Below are positions 12,378-23,459 of a stretch of DNA of 64,000 nt, one piece after another. Under the pieces are notes generated by a model, which saw nothing but the letters and a program-made list of their open reading frames with translations, was not told the DNA's origin and did no database searches. Every line of letters begins with the position of its first letter. The first letter of the stretch is position 1. This DNA is from Terriglobia bacterium (GTDB lineage Bacteria; Acidobacteriota; Terriglobia; Bryobacterales; UBA6623). The position numbers were made by a program, and so were the translations under genes. The stretch lies in the NCBI GenBank assembly GCA_009841225.1, contig VXMF01000008.1, forward strand, positions 17,763-81,762, given 5' to 3'.

Positions 12378-13952
12378 ATGCCAAGACTTCTAGCCGCCTG
12401 TACCGCGATCCTCGCATTGCTGGGTTCCTGCACGGAGGCCCACGAGACGCCGTCAGGGAAGCCCAACATCCTGTTCGCCATCGCGGACGATGCTTCCTTT
12501 CCCCACATGGGCGCCTATGGTACGGAGTGGGTCAACACGCCGAATTTCGACCGTGTCGCACGCGACGGCGTGCTGTTCTGGAACGCATACACCCCCAACG
12601 CCAAGTGCGCCCCCTCGCGCGCGGCGATCCTCACGGGCCGCAACTCCTGGCAGCTCAACGCCGGTGCGAACCACATGGCGTTCTTTCCTCCGGAGTTCAA
12701 GAGCTACCCCGAGGCGCTCGGCGAGAACGGCTACTTCGTGGGCATGACCGCCAAGGGCTGGAGCCCCGGCGTCGCCGTCGACGCCGCAGGCAACCCGCGC
12801 AACCTCGCCGGCACTCCGTTCGACGACCGAGAGACCGACCCGCCGACCTCCAAGATGAGCCGGACTGACTACGCGGCCAACTTCGCTGACTTTCTCGCCG
12901 CCGCTCCCGCAGACCAACCCTGGGCGTTCTGGTACGGCTCCCGCGAACCGCACCGCGCCTACGAGTTCCGCTCCGGCGCGGAATTGGGCGGCAAGAGTCC
13001 AGCCGACATCGAAGATGTCTTCGACTTCTGGCCGGATACCGAAACGGTGCGCCACGACATGCTCGACTACGCCTACGAAATCGAGTACTTCGACGCGCAC
13101 TTGGGCCGGATCCTCGCAATGCTCGAGGAACACGGGCAACTCGCCAACACGCTGGTCATCGTCACTTCCGACAACGGCATGCCGTTCCCCCGCGTGAAGG
13201 CCCAGGAATACGAACTCTCCAATCACCTGCCATTGGCGATGATGTGGCTCGACGGCATACCGCGTCCTGGCCGCTCGATCCAGGACTTCGTGAGCTTCGT
13301 CGATCTGGCACCCACGATCCTTGACGCAGCCGGGGTCGAGTGGGATGCGACCGGAATGCAGCCGCCCGCAGGTCGGAGCCTGCTGGGCGTGCTCAGGTCC
13401 GACAAAGACGGCCGGGTCGAAGCCGACCGAGATCACGTCTTGATCGGCAAGGAACGGCACGATATCGGCCGCCCGAACGACGCCGGCTATCCGATCCGCG
13501 GCATCGTTCAGGGCGATCTGCTGTACCTGCGCAACTTCGCTCCGGAGCGCTGGCCGGCAGGCAATCCGGAAACGGGCTACCTAGCGGTGGACGCGAGCCC
13601 GACCAAGACGGAGATTCTCGAGCTCCGCCGCGCTGGCGGCGAAACCAGATTCTGGGAACTGGCGTTCGGCAAGCGCGGCGCGGAGGAACTCTACAACATC
13701 GCCGAAGACCCCGGCTGCCTGAACAACCTTGCCGGGGACCTGGAGTACGCTCCGGCCAAGGCCGAACTGGCGGCGCGGCTCGTCTCTGAGCTCGAAGCCC
13801 AAGGGGACCCGCGCATGGCCGGGCAAGCAGACTATTTCGAAGCCTTCCCGGTCGCCACGCGCTGGGCCGGCTACTACGAGAAGTTCATGGCGGGTGAGAT
13901 CGACGTGGCCGTCTGGATCCTGCCCAGCGACATCGACCCAGCCATGGACTGA
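12378..13952 (+). CDS. Cys-type sulfatase, predicted lipoprotein
   Basis: [22 protein letters not shown] formylglycine motif, TSDNG; lipobox LLGSC. Confidence 0.92.
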   Translation: MPRLLAACTAILALLGSCTEAHETPSGKPNILFAIADDASFPHMGAYGTEWVNTPNFDRVARDGVLFWNAYTPNAKCAPSRAAILTGRNSWQLNAGANHMAFFPPEFKSYPEALGENGYFVGMTAKGWSPGVAVDAAGNPRNLAGTPFDDRETDPPTSKMSRTDYAANFADFLAAAPADQPWAFWYGSREPHRAYEFRSGAELGGKSPADIEDVFDFWPDTETVRHDMLDYAYEIEYFDAHLGRILAMLEEHGQLANTLVIVTSDNGMPFPRVKAQEYELSNHLPLAMMWLDGIPRPGRSIQDFVSFVDLAPTILDAAGVEWDATGMQPPAGRSLLGVLRSDKDGRVEADRDHVLIGKERHDIGRPNDAGYPIRGIVQGDLLYLRNFAPERWPAGNPETGYLAVDASPTKTEILELRRAGGETRFWELAFGKRGAEELYNIAEDPGCLNNLAGDLEYAPAKAELAARLVSELEAQGDPRMAGQADYFEAFPVATRWAGYYEKFMAGEIDVAVWILPSDIDPAMD

Positions 13953-13966
13953 GGCGCAAGCCAGAA

Positions 13967-15304
13967 TCAGGCCGCAGTCTCGTCGTGCATCGCCGAGGCG
14001 CTGGTCTCTGCCTTGTCCCGCAGCTCGGGAATCTGGACGCGCACCCTCACGCCGCCTCCCGCTCGCGGCTCCAGCGAGAACTGAAAGTCCGTTCCGAACA
14101 GCACTCCGAGTCGCTCGCGCACGTTTCCGAGGCCGATGCCCCGATTGAACACCGTTGGCAAATCTTCGATGGGTATGCCGACGCCGTCGTCCTCGATTTC
14201 GATCTGCAAACGCCCGCCTCCCAGCGCACCGGCGAGGCGAATCGTGCCGTCGCCCGTCTTTGGCCCGATGCCGTGCTTGATGCAATTCTCCACGATGGGC
14301 TGCAAGATCATGCTTGGCACCAGGACGTCCGCGATGCCGTCATCGACGTCACGCGCGATGCGCAGCCTCGAACCGAAGCGCACCTGCTCGATCTGAAGGT
14401 AGTCGTCGATGACCGACAACTCCTCCCTCAGCGGCACGAAGGCCTCCTGCTTGCGCAGCAGGCGGCGGAGGATCGTCGAGAGGCGATAGACCATCTGGCG
14501 CGCCTGTTCCTGGTCGCTGCGGATCAGCGACGCCACCGAGTTGAGGGTGTTGAACAGAAAATGCGGGTTCATCTGGCGCGTCAGGTTTTGCAGGCGGGCC
14601 TCGGTCAGCAAGCGCTGCTGGTTTTCGATCTTCCACTCGTTGCGCGTGTTGTTCCAGACCTTCAGCGTCAGCCCTACCCCCATCACGGTCGCCACATAGG
14701 CGAGCAGCATCGCCAGAGGGCTTGGCCCGGCCGGGTCCTGATGCAGGTCAAACACCAGTCCTCGCCCGGCGATCTGCGTACGAACGAATTCCACCAGCGC
14801 ACAGGAGAGGAGCATCACGACTTGGAAGACGCCCTCTGAATTCGGGATGCGCCGACGGGTCCAAGCCACCAGCGAGAACATGAAGAAAGGCGAGAACCGC
14901 CAGACGTCCTCGGGGTCGCGAGCCCCGGACCGCAGCAGCCCGCCCAGTGCGCCGAACCCTACGAGCATGGGCAGCATGGCCCACTCGAAGTCGGGTCCCA
15001 GCACCGCCGGAATCGAGATCAGCGCACCGGCAATGGCGCCTGGGACGAATCCCCCGACCAGTCCCGAGACAAACGCCCCTTCCACGCCGACTTCGGCTGC
15101 CCGGTAGCCGAGCACCACCCTAACCAGCGAGCCGCTGGCGAACACCACGCCGAACAGGACCGCCAGTTCCAAGCGCTGCCTGAAAGTGCGTTGCTCGCGC
15201 AGGAACAGACGCTTGGCGAAGTTCGGGCGCAAGGCGATGCTGGCCATCGAGGCCAGCACGGCGACCTTGACGAGCAGCGTGACTAGCAGGTCGGCGTCGG
15301 CCAT
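13967..15304 (-). CDS. LytS/YehU-family sensor histidine kinase
   Basis: Multiple N-terminal TM helices; RQMNPHFLFNTLN, YLQIEQVRFG, LQPIVENCIKHG, DDGVG, GIGLGNVRERL; start placed at MADADLL (15304). Confidence 0.9.
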   Translation of the reverse strand: MADADLLVTLLVKVAVLASMASIALRPNFAKRLFLREQRTFRQRLELAVLFGVVFASGSLVRVVLGYRAAEVGVEGAFVSGLVGGFVPGAIAGALISIPAVLGPDFEWAMLPMLVGFGALGGLLRSGARDPEDVWRFSPFFMFSLVAWTRRRIPNSEGVFQVVMLLSCALVEFVRTQIAGRGLVFDLHQDPAGPSPLAMLLAYVATVMGVGLTLKVWNNTRNEWKIENQQRLLTEARLQNLTRQMNPHFLFNTLNSVASLIRSDQEQARQMVYRLSTILRRLLRKQEAFVPLREELSVIDDYLQIEQVRFGSRLRIARDVDDGIADVLVPSMILQPIVENCIKHGIGPKTGDGTIRLAGALGGGRLQIEIEDDGVGIPIEDLPTVFNRGIGLGNVRERLGVLFGTDFQFSLEPRAGGGVRVRVQIPELRDKAETSASAMHDETAA

Positions 15305-15333
15305 GTCGCGAGGCGTGCGCAACGCCCTCCGCC

Positions 15334-15360
15334 TTGCGAATCGTCGCGCCCGCCTATAAT
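15334..15360 (+). promoter_or_regulatory. Possible sigma70 promoter for ribA
   Basis: Perfect TATAAT at 15355-15360 and TTGCGA at 15334-15339, but the spacer is only 15 bp. Confidence 0.3.
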
Positions 15361-15434
15361 AAATCTCTTGGGACCTCGGGCGTTTTTGACCCGTTCCACG
15401 CCCCGGCGACAGCCCGTCACCGGCAGCAATCCCG

Positions 15435-16070
15435 ATGTCCGGCAGCCAGCCAGCAGCAGTTGAGCATTCGGTCGAATTGGTAGCCGAAGCGGACTTCCCA
15501 TGCCGCCACGGCGACTTCCGGATCTTTGGCTTTCGCGGCTTCGGGCCCGGCGGCGAGCGGGAGCTGGTTGTGCTCAAGAAGGGCGACTTCTCGGCGGCGG
15601 GCGAGGCACCTCTGCTGCGCATCCACTCGCAGTGCCTCACAGGCGAGGTTTTCCGCAGCTTGCGCTGCGATTGCGGCCCCCAGTTGGCGCTGGCGCTGGA
15701 AATGATCTCGGCAGCCGGCTGCGGCCTGCTGATCTATGACCCCCAAGAAGGTCGCGGCATCGGTCTCCTCAACAAGCTCATGGCATACCAGCTGCAGGAC
15801 GAGGGCGCGGACACGGTAGAGGCCAACCAGAAGCTCGGCTTCGGCGCTGACGAGCGCGAGTACGGCCACGCGGTTGCGGTGTTGCGCCACTTCGGCCTGC
15901 AAAGCGTGCGCATGCTCTCCAACAATCCGGCCAAGGTAGAAGCGCTGGAACGCGAGGGGATTCGGGTCGTCGAGCTCGTACCTTGCGCACCGCAAGATGC
16001 CGGTGATTTGGCACAGTCCTACCTGCGCACCAAGCGGGACAAGCTAGGGCATTTGGTCAAGGGCGTCTGA
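15435..16070 (+). CDS. ribA: GTP cyclohydrolase II (stand-alone)
   Basis: LRIHSQCLTGEVFRSLRCDCGPQL, QEGRGIGLLNKLMAYQLQDEGADTVEAN, SNNPAK, YLRTKRDKLGH. Confidence 0.95.
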   Translation: MSGSQPAAVEHSVELVAEADFPCRHGDFRIFGFRGFGPGGERELVVLKKGDFSAAGEAPLLRIHSQCLTGEVFRSLRCDCGPQLALALEMISAAGCGLLIYDPQEGRGIGLLNKLMAYQLQDEGADTVEANQKLGFGADEREYGHAVAVLRHFGLQSVRMLSNNPAKVEALEREGIRVVELVPCAPQDAGDLAQSYLRTKRDKLGHLVKGV

Positions 16071-16919
16071 GCCGGCAGGCACTCTTGCCAGATTCGGCGC
16101 TTCGGCGGCATCAGCCGCCAAGTCTCTGAACGACAGCAATTCGATCCCGCGCTCTGCAACCGCCTGCCTGACTTCGTCCGAGCAAAGGGCGCGCATTTCT
16201 CTCTCGCGGCTCTGCTTGAGCCTGGTGTCCGCTCGTCGCAAGTAGGGACCGCAGATGCCCGGGTGGCACATGAGTTCTCCGGTCCCGCCAGGCAGCCCGG
16301 TGAGTAGCGCCACCAGCCAGCGGGCATCCATGGCGCCAGTGCCGACGAAACCGGCGAAGTAGTCGCTCGTCCGACACCGCGCTCGCCGCAGGCGCTCCTC
16401 GAAAGGTATTCGCCAGGGTCGGATGGCGAGGGCCAAGCCTGCGCGCAGCACAGGCGCCATGCCAAGAGGCGTATCGAACGGCTTGCGGATCCACGGAATC
16501 CGAAAGCGGTCGGCCAGGGTCACCACTGCCTCCAGCACCACCGGTAACAGGTGGACGTGCTGGTGCGTGTCAAGATGGCTCGGCCGGACCCCGTGAGCGA
16601 GCAGGGCTTCGATCTGGGCCTGCAGCTCGCGCAGCGCCTCCCGCAACGTGGGAGGACTGGCCAGCAGCCTGCCCGCCGAGCGCGGCAGCCGAGTTCCCGG
16701 TGACGCGACGGACTCGCCTTGCACCAGCGTAAGGTGGCATCCTACGCCCAGACTCGGGTGCTGATGGGCGATTCGCACGGCGTGCTCGAAGGCCGGGCCG
16801 TTCGCCATCAGGGACGTCGAGCGGACGATCCCTTCAAGGTGGCTGCGCAGGATGCCTTCGTTGACGTCGGGCGTGAAGCCGAAGTCATCGGCGTTCACGA
16901 CGAGGCGCTTTACCGCCAC
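16044..16919 (-). CDS. ChbG/HpnK (YdjC) family carbohydrate deacetylase
   Basis: LVVNADDFG, VRSTSLMANG, GCHLTL, HLDTHQHVH, ELMCHPG; GTG start at 16919. Confidence 0.88.
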   Translation of the reverse strand: MAVKRLVVNADDFGFTPDVNEGILRSHLEGIVRSTSLMANGPAFEHAVRIAHQHPSLGVGCHLTLVQGESVASPGTRLPRSAGRLLASPPTLREALRELQAQIEALLAHGVRPSHLDTHQHVHLLPVVLEAVVTLADRFRIPWIRKPFDTPLGMAPVLRAGLALAIRPWRIPFEERLRRARCRTSDYFAGFVGTGAMDARWLVALLTGLPGGTGELMCHPGICGPYLRRADTRLKQSREREMRALCSDEVRQAVAERGIELLSFRDLAADAAEAPNLARVPAGSDALDQMP

Positions 16920-16935
16920 GCGTCTATACAAACTG

Positions 16936-16965
16936 AAAGCGGCGGGACCGTCGCCCCGCCGCTTT
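16936..16965 (-). terminator. Intrinsic terminator-like hairpin
   Basis: 11-bp perfect stem AAAGCGGCGGG / CCCGCCGCTTT with 8-nt loop; followed on the minus strand by TTTCAGTTTGT. Confidence 0.65.
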
Positions 16966-17107
16966 GGTCAACCACAGGTTCACAAGGAGAAGGAATTCGA
17001 ACCGTAGTTTTTGTCAGCACTCCCTAAGACGATTGAGTGCTGCGTTCTTACGGCAAGAAATTTGAATCTGCGAAATTTCTCTCTATCCGCCATCTGCCGG
17101 ACTCCGA

Positions 17108-18796
17108 TCAGAAGCGGTCGGCGAACAGCCCGTAACTGAACAATAGCCCGAGCAAGCCGGCCGCGACGACGTAGTACAGCATCGGGTAGATCGTCCGGCG
17201 GATCAGCAGCCCCTCGCGGCCAACCAGACCGACGGTCGCGCTGGCGGCCACTACGTTGTGCACGGTAATCATGTTGCCAGCTGCACCACCGAGCGCTTGC
17301 AGACCCAGCACGACGAGGTGCGAGACGCCGATGCGGTCGGCGACGCCGTACTGGAAGTGACTGAACATCAGGTCGCTGACCGTGTTCGACCCGGCCACGA
17401 ACGCGCCCAGCGCTCCGATCATGGCGGCGAAGAAGGGCCAAGCCTGGCCGGCGACCGCCGCCGCAAACCCGGCCAGTTCAAGCGGCATGCTCTGCAGCCC
17501 CGAAGCATTGGCGTTGGAGTCGATGAAGACCCGTACCAGCGCCACCGCGAAGACGAGAGCAAAGGCGGGCCCGGCCAACATGCGAGCGGACGCCGAGAAA
17601 GCACTCTTGACCTGGGCTCCCGACATGCTGTGGATCGCCGCAGTGACCAAGCAGACGACGAGAAAGATCGTGCCCGGCAGGTAGAGCGGCTGGATGCCTT
17701 GGCTCAGGTCGGTGCCTAGGATCCCGGTCCAAGTGACCTGCACGCCGGCGAGCCAAGCCTTGAAGGGCAAGCCGGGCAGTCGGGTGATCACTAGCAGCGC
17801 GGCGACCAAGACGTAAGGCATCCATGCCCGGACCAGCGACATGTGCTGCTCGTCGGGCTTGGGATCTCCGCTGAAGGTGCCCATCCATTCTTTCTCCCAG
17901 CCCTCCCTCGGAGGGAAGTCCCAGGGCGCGACACCGGAGAGCAGGAAGCCCTTGCGGGCCGCTGTCACGACAATGCCCAGGCCGATCAGCGCGCCTAGCA
18001 GGGTGGGAAACTCCGGCCCGAGGGCAATCGCGACAAGGACGTAGGGCACGGTGAAGCAAAGACCGGCGAAGATCGCGAATTTCCAAATGCTCAGCCCGTC
18101 TCTGAAGGAGCGGCGAGCGCCGAAGAAGCGGGTTAGCATGCCGCAAATGATGAGCGGGATCAGCGTCCCCACGATGGCATGCGGGATCGCCGCGAAAACA
18201 CCGATCTGATAGATGAACTCGGCGTACGGGATCGAGGCCTGCGCCAACGCGGCCTCGACGTCAGGGACGTTGAGGGACTCGGCCATGCCGACGAGGATCG
18301 GCGTGCCCACCGCTCCGAATGTCACCGGCGTGCTCTGGATGATGAGCGTGCACATCACAGCCGCCAGTGCCGGGAAGCCCAGCGCGAGCAGCAGCGGGCC
18401 GGCCACAGCAGCCGGCGTCCCAAAGCCGGACGCCCCCTCGATGAACGCGCCGAACATCCAGGCCACGATGATCAGCTGGACGCGGCGGTCGCGCGAGACG
18501 TTCATGAAGCCCTGGCGGATCGATGCCGCCGCTCCGCTCTCCGAAAGAGTTTGCAGCAGGAGGATGGCTCCGAAGATGATCCACAGAAGCGAGACCGCGA
18601 TGATGACACCTCGTATTGAGGCGGCGGCGACATGGACAGGCGCGACATCCCAGAGGAAGAGCGCGAACGCCGCTGTCATCACATAGGCCACCGGCATTGC
18701 CCTCGTGGCAGGCCAGCGGAGGACGACAAGGAAGAACATCACCGCAACGATGGGCAGGAGTGCGACAAGTGCATAGAATCCAGATGTTTCCGGCAT
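17108..18796 (-). CDS. lctP: L-lactate permease (LctP family)
   Basis: [51 protein letters not shown]; highly hydrophobic 562 aa. Confidence 0.9.
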   Translation of the reverse strand: MPETSGFYALVALLPIVAVMFFLVVLRWPATRAMPVAYVMTAAFALFLWDVAPVHVAAASIRGVIIAVSLLWIIFGAILLLQTLSESGAAASIRQGFMNVSRDRRVQLIIVAWMFGAFIEGASGFGTPAAVAGPLLLALGFPALAAVMCTLIIQSTPVTFGAVGTPILVGMAESLNVPDVEAALAQASIPYAEFIYQIGVFAAIPHAIVGTLIPLIICGMLTRFFGARRSFRDGLSIWKFAIFAGLCFTVPYVLVAIALGPEFPTLLGALIGLGIVVTAARKGFLLSGVAPWDFPPREGWEKEWMGTFSGDPKPDEQHMSLVRAWMPYVLVAALLVITRLPGLPFKAWLAGVQVTWTGILGTDLSQGIQPLYLPGTIFLVVCLVTAAIHSMSGAQVKSAFSASARMLAGPAFALVFAVALVRVFIDSNANASGLQSMPLELAGFAAAVAGQAWPFFAAMIGALGAFVAGSNTVSDLMFSHFQYGVADRIGVSHLVVLGLQALGGAAGNMITVHNVVAASATVGLVGREGLLIRRTIYPMLYYVVAAGLLGLLFSYGLFADRF

Positions 18797-19108
18797 GAGC
18801 GAATCAAGCCTACTGAGCCGACAGCTTAAGTGTCAAGGAAGGGTGCCGACAACCGGCGGCCTGCGGGCTCGCGCCCGCCGCGGTCATAGCAATGCCAGTA
18901 CTCCGAGCCCGGGATCGCAGAGGCGCGGGTCGGTCACACCTCTGACTGCCTAGCGCTTGATGCGCGGCACCTACGGCTCGGTCCCCGCAGCAGCTTCTAT
19001 CCGAGGTGGACTTGCCGCGTACAGACGCGTTACACGCACGGCGCTAATCGGCGTCGCGCGCACCAGGTGGGATGCCCGGACCAGCAGGGCAACTAGAGCG
19101 ACGCGCCC

Positions 19109-21592
19109 TTAGAACGAATACAGCAGTGTTTCTGCCGCCACGGCTACGCCGCCATCACCCTCATCGAGACCGTCGTCGCCTTCGGACAGATCCAGCTGCC
19201 GATAGTACAAGCCATCCTTGCCGCGGAAAATCTCGATGTCGGACGGCCGGGGGAGCCGATCCTGGATCAGGGCCTCGGAAAGCGGATCCTCGACACAGCG
19301 CTGCAGCGCCCGCCGCAACGGGCGGGCTCCGTAGCTGCGATCTCCCAGCGTCTCGTCCAAGATGTACTGCGCTGCATCCACGCTAAGCCGGATCTGCAGC
19401 CCCTTGCTGAGCAGATTGGCGTTGATCTGGCCGACCAGCATCTGGACGATCTCCAGCAAGTCCTCGTCGCTCAGCGAGCGGAAGATGATCGTCTCGTCGA
19501 GTCGGTTGAGGAACTCCGGGTTAAAGGTCCGCTTGACCTCGTTCATGACCTCCTGCTCGGCTTTGGTGTCACTGTACGCCTGCGACGCGTCTTGAAAGCC
19601 CATTGCCTTCTTGAGCTGCAGGTGGCGGGCGCCGATGTTCGAGGTCATCACGACGATCGTGTTCTTGAAGTCGACCGTGCTGCCCAACCCATCGGTCAGC
19701 TGGCCGTCCTCGAAGACCTGCAGCAGGATGCTGAACAGATCGGGATGCGCCTTCTCGATCTCGTCCAACAGGATGATCGAGTAGGGCGCGCGCTTGACAC
19801 GCTCGGTCAGCTGGCCGCCCTCTTCGTAGCCCACGTAACCGGGCGGAGAGCCGATCAGCTTCGACACCGAGTGCTTCTCCATGAATTCGGACATGTCGAA
19901 ACGGATCAGCGACTTCTCGCTGCCGAACAGACAATCGGCGAGCGCGCGCGCCACCTCGGTCTTGCCGACGCCGGTGGGACCGAGGAAGAGAAACGACCCT
20001 GCCGGTCGATTGACCGGCTTCAAGCCGGCCCGCGAGCGGCGGATCGCGCGGGCAAGGGCCGAAATGGCGCTGTCCTGGCTGACGATGCGCCGGTGGAGGT
20101 CCTCCTCGAGCCGCAGCAGCTTGGCCATCTCTTCTTCCTTGATGGAAGTCATGGGCACGCCGGTCCAGCGGGCGACGACCTCTTCGATATCGTCCTTGCC
20201 CACCGTTGCCGTCACGGCCTGATCCTGCTCTTGCTCGCTCTGCAAGCGGCGCAGGTTCTCGCGCTCCTTGCGCTCCTCGTCCGAATAGAACCGCGCCTTT
20301 TCGAACTCGTGGTTGGCGATCGCGTTCTCCATGCGATGCACGATGTACTTGATCCGCTTGTGGATCTCGGCAGACTCGTCCGACATCTTGGTCTGCTCGA
20401 GCTTCACGCGCGCCCCCGCCTCGTCGAGCAGGTCGATCGCCTTGTCGGGCAGGAACCGGTCTGGGATATATCGGATCGAGCTGTGCACCGCGGACTCGAT
20501 GGCGCTGTCGGTGTAGACCACAGCGTGGAATTTCTCGTAGCGCTCCTTGATTCCGAGCAGCACCTGCACCGCCTCGTCCTCCGATGGCGGGCTGACCTTC
20601 ACAGCCTGGAAGCGGCGTTCCAGCGAACGGTCCTTCTCGATCGATTTCCGGAACTCGTTGGGCGTCGTCGCCCCGATGCACTGGATCTCGCCCCGTGACA
20701 GCGCCGGCTTGAGGATGTTGGCGGCGTCCAGCGAGCCCTCTGCCGAGCCGGCCCCGACCAAGGTGTGCAATTCGTCGATGAAGATGATGGAATTCTGGTT
20801 TTCCATCAGCTCCTTCATGATCGTCTTGAGGCGCTCTTCGAACTGGCCGCGGTACTTGGTCCCGGCGACGATCAAGGACAGATCCAGCGACAGGATGCGC
20901 TTGTCGGAAAGAAACGGCAGCACCACGCCGCTGGCGATGCGCTGCGCAAGGCCCTCGACGATGGCTGTCTTGCCCACGCCCGGCTCGCCGATGAGCACCG
21001 GGTTGTTCTTGGTCCGGCGGCACAGGATCTGCACCACGCGCTCGAGCTCGTGCTCCCGCCCTACGAGGGGATCCAGCTTTCCGTCGGCCGCTTCCTGGGT
21101 CAGGTCGCGGCTGAACTCCGCCAGCATGGAGCTCTCTTTCGGCCGGTTTGACAACAGCTTCTCGGACTGGACGCGAGCCAGCTCCTCGCGGATCGTGGAC
21201 AGGCGCAGGCCGCGCTCGTGCAGGATCTCAGCCGCGAAGCACTTCTCCTCGCGCAACAGGCCCAACAGCAGGTGCTCGGTGCCGATGTGCTTGTGCGAGA
21301 GCCGCTCCGCCTCTTCGGCGGCATAGGCCAGGACGCGCTTGCACTCATGGCTGAGCGGCAGGTCTACCGACGTGGAGACCTTTTCGCGAATTGTCGTATG
21401 GGCCTCGATCTGCTTGCGTATGGAGTCGACGGCAGCGTGCGACCGCAGGAACCTGTTGGCCAGCGCCTTGTCCTCGCGGATCAAGCCCAGCAGCAAGTGC
21501 TCGGTCTCGATGTACGGGCTGCCAAACTGGCTTGCCTCGTAGCGGGCGAAGAAGATCACCCGCCTAGCCTTTTCGGTGTAACGCTCAAACAT
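19109..21592 (-). CDS. clpC: ATP-dependent Clp protease ATP-binding subunit ClpC
   Basis: [17 protein letters not shown]-domain; two AAA+ modules ([27 protein letters not shown]); short UVR-type middle domain; MGF ClpP-docking motif. Confidence 0.93.
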   Translation of the reverse strand: MFERYTEKARRVIFFARYEASQFGSPYIETEHLLLGLIREDKALANRFLRSHAAVDSIRKQIEAHTTIREKVSTSVDLPLSHECKRVLAYAAEEAERLSHKHIGTEHLLLGLLREEKCFAAEILHERGLRLSTIREELARVQSEKLLSNRPKESSMLAEFSRDLTQEAADGKLDPLVGREHELERVVQILCRRTKNNPVLIGEPGVGKTAIVEGLAQRIASGVVLPFLSDKRILSLDLSLIVAGTKYRGQFEERLKTIMKELMENQNSIIFIDELHTLVGAGSAEGSLDAANILKPALSRGEIQCIGATTPNEFRKSIEKDRSLERRFQAVKVSPPSEDEAVQVLLGIKERYEKFHAVVYTDSAIESAVHSSIRYIPDRFLPDKAIDLLDEAGARVKLEQTKMSDESAEIHKRIKYIVHRMENAIANHEFEKARFYSDEERKERENLRRLQSEQEQDQAVTATVGKDDIEEVVARWTGVPMTSIKEEEMAKLLRLEEDLHRRIVSQDSAISALARAIRRSRAGLKPVNRPAGSFLFLGPTGVGKTEVARALADCLFGSEKSLIRFDMSEFMEKHSVSKLIGSPPGYVGYEEGGQLTERVKRAPYSIILLDEIEKAHPDLFSILLQVFEDGQLTDGLGSTVDFKNTIVVMTSNIGARHLQLKKAMGFQDASQAYSDTKAEQEVMNEVKRTFNPEFLNRLDETIIFRSLSDEDLLEIVQMLVGQINANLLSKGLQIRLSVDAAQYILDETLGDRSYGARPLRRALQRCVEDPLSEALIQDRLPRPSDIEIFRGKDGLYYRQLDLSEGDDGLDEGDGGVAVAAETLLYSF

Positions 21593-21643
21593 GCGGTTTG
21601 CCTCAGCTACCCGCAACGTGACGGCCGCCGCTTTCTGCCGATC

Positions 21644-21652
21644 ATCATACCA
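21644..21652 (-). promoter_or_regulatory. Possible extended -10 promoter of clpC
   Basis: TGGTATGAT (TGn-TATGAT) about 50 bp upstream of the clpC ATG; no good -35. Confidence 0.3.
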
Positions 21653-22450
21653 GCACGTTCCTTCGCAATAGATCTAGACCTGTGAGTGGTCGTGCCCGTT
21701 TCCAAGCCTCCGTTCACGTGCAGGTTCCGAACTGTTCGAATTATGGGCTACGAACCGAAGCCTGGCGCGATTCGCTGCTCAGTGGACGAAGTAGTGGAGT
21801 TAGCAGCGGGCTGGGGCTTGTAGCTTAGGTAGGGGTAGCGCGGGAAGAACCGGTTCTAAGAGCGGCTGCGTAGGTCGGCCGGGTGCAGCGGGGCTAACAG
21901 GCCGTCGCGCCTAATGCGCAGCAGGGACGCACGGGCGCTCATCCCCTTGAGGCCACCACCGTGCTTGCGCCAATCTAGCGCCTCGCTAACCGCCCGGGAC
22001 AGCGCCGTGCGAACTCAGACCAACCAAGACAAGATCGACTCAGCCAGCGAACGAACCCAAGGAGGCCCAGCCAAAGACCAATGGTAGACAGCCACGCACT
22101 CCATCCCTTGCCGGGCACTGCCTGCCCTGACGAATACTAGACCAAACCGTTGACCGCGCACAGAATCAGCAACCCAAAGAGCATTTGGGCTGCCGTCCCT
22201 AGCGTATCCACTGCTAGTCCGCGATGCCCCCTCAGCGCATCACGAGGGATAGGCTAACGCTCCCCAGCCTGTCAACCTATCGCAACCGTCCACGAAGGCG
22301 ACGCCACCCTAGATCCCTTGTCTGGGTGCAAGGTTGATGATCGAGTCAAGTTTGGAATCTGGCGACTGCCCTTTTCGGTCCGAGGCAAGGACAAGGCCGC
22401 TAATGAAAGCTAGTGCGTGCCGGAGGAAACGAAGAAATGAGTCAGTCTTC

Positions 22451-23386
22451 TTATTCCGTCTGTCCTGTGTAGGTCACTTTCGATTCAATGCTTTCGAATA
22501 GCAGATCTGACTCGACGTCAAACTTCTTGTAATTCCGATACTGTGAACTCTGCCTCAGTTTGAATTCGCCAGCATTATGAGCTATCGATTCAGAAGAGCT
22601 TGGCAGTAGCAACGTTTTCCCATCTATGGGAGTTTCTGAGAAGACGACGCTCCGCGACGCCATTTCTATTCCATAAGAGAGGGGAATATCAACAGCTTCC
22701 AACGCAATTGCTAGCGTATGGTTTGACTCTTCTTCTATGCAGATGAGTCCTCTCTCTGCGACCAATCCGCCCGGCCGGTCGCCCCGCCTAATCCACGGGC
22801 CGAAAATCTTTGCAACTGCAACATTAAACACATAGACTGATTTGGTTCCGAGCCTTGCTCTTCCGAGCCATCGAAATTCCATGTCTTTTACAAGATTGAG
22901 GAGCCCCCCGAACTCACCCAACGTCCTTAGGCTTGCTTTGCCGATAGACTGGAACGGCTCCCCAGACCGGTGCCGCCCGATACTAAGCGTCTTGTAATCT
23001 TCACGCCAGCCGACGAACCGCAGGCGAACAAGGATCTCCCCGGTGATCGGTTCCCACATCTCTCGTCTCGATTTGACTTGAAGCCGTAATCGCTGAACCG
23101 TCATGTCACAGAAAAAGTTGGGCAGGTCGCGCGTGCGCTCATTCGCAAGTTGCTTAGCACTCGCTACGACAGACTCTCGTTCCGCGATTCCGAGGGGCTG
23201 GAGTGGAGTCGACGGTACGATCACGTAACCTGCCAAAGCTAGAAGCTGCCTTGGGCCGGACTGCGCAGCCAGAGTTAAGGAGGCGAGGTGCACGACCACC
23301 AAGACAGCGGATATCGATTTGCCGGAGCATACCCTACCGGTTGAGGCTGCCATCTCATGATTCTCCACAAACCGGAAGTACTTCAC
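22451..23386 (-). CDS. Hypothetical exported protein of an Acidobacteria-typical family
   Basis: Hydrophobic signal-like segment, LPNFFC, GEFGGLL, DIPLSY, LLLPSS, YRNYKKFDVES; resembles a paralog family I associate with Bryobacterales/Terriglobia; visibly AT-richer than flanks; start uncertain. Confidence 0.7.
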   Translation of the reverse strand: MKYFRFVENHEMAASTGRVCSGKSISAVLVVVHLASLTLAAQSGPRQLLALAGYVIVPSTPLQPLGIAERESVVASAKQLANERTRDLPNFFCDMTVQRLRLQVKSRREMWEPITGEILVRLRFVGWREDYKTLSIGRHRSGEPFQSIGKASLRTLGEFGGLLNLVKDMEFRWLGRARLGTKSVYVFNVAVAKIFGPWIRRGDRPGGLVAERGLICIEEESNHTLAIALEAVDIPLSYGIEMASRSVVFSETPIDGKTLLLPSSSESIAHNAGEFKLRQSSQYRNYKKFDVESDLLFESIESKVTYTGQTE

Positions 23387-23450
23387 AGACCGTTAGCATG
23401 AATGCTACCCGCGGGACCCGACCTATTCCTCGTTGTAGAATCTTGCTCGC

Positions 23451-23459
23451 TTGCCGTTC
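23451..23459. repeat. Left target-site duplication of IS256
   Basis: TTGCCGTTC, identical to 24886-24894. Confidence 0.92.

Noticed and set aside
15305-15640. N-terminal extensions in the ORF track (LytS to 15640, ACAD from 10884, radical SAM to 58312, module-B genes from 58045 and 61801, DinB from 28430, antitoxin from 27908)
   Set aside because: They overlap neighbouring genes or promoters and lack family similarity; downstream starts fit signal peptides, RBS or domain boundaries better
16992-17003. tRNA T-loop-like GGTTCGAATTCC on the minus strand
   Set aside because: The T-stem does not pair, and no acceptor, D or anticodon arms could be built
17015-17042. CIRCE (HrcA operator)-like inverted repeat CAGCACTC..GAGTGCTG
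   Set aside because: Spacer is 12 nt instead of the invariant 9, the outer TTA/TAA bases mismatch, and no chaperone gene is adjacent; kept only as part of the structured-intergenic finding
19569-21023. 484-aa alternative-frame ORF within clpC (also long shadow ORFs such as 50620-52416 +, 56582-58042 +, 12453-13460 -, 19592-20698 +)
   Set aside because: Fully overlap well-supported genes, have low-complexity Arg/Gly/Ala composition and no motifs; expected in high-GC DNA
19109-21592. Calling the Clp ATPase ClpB or ClpA
   Set aside because: Short UVR-type middle domain and an MGF ClpP-docking motif indicate ClpC; otherwise ordinary, and no ctsR/mcsAB nearby
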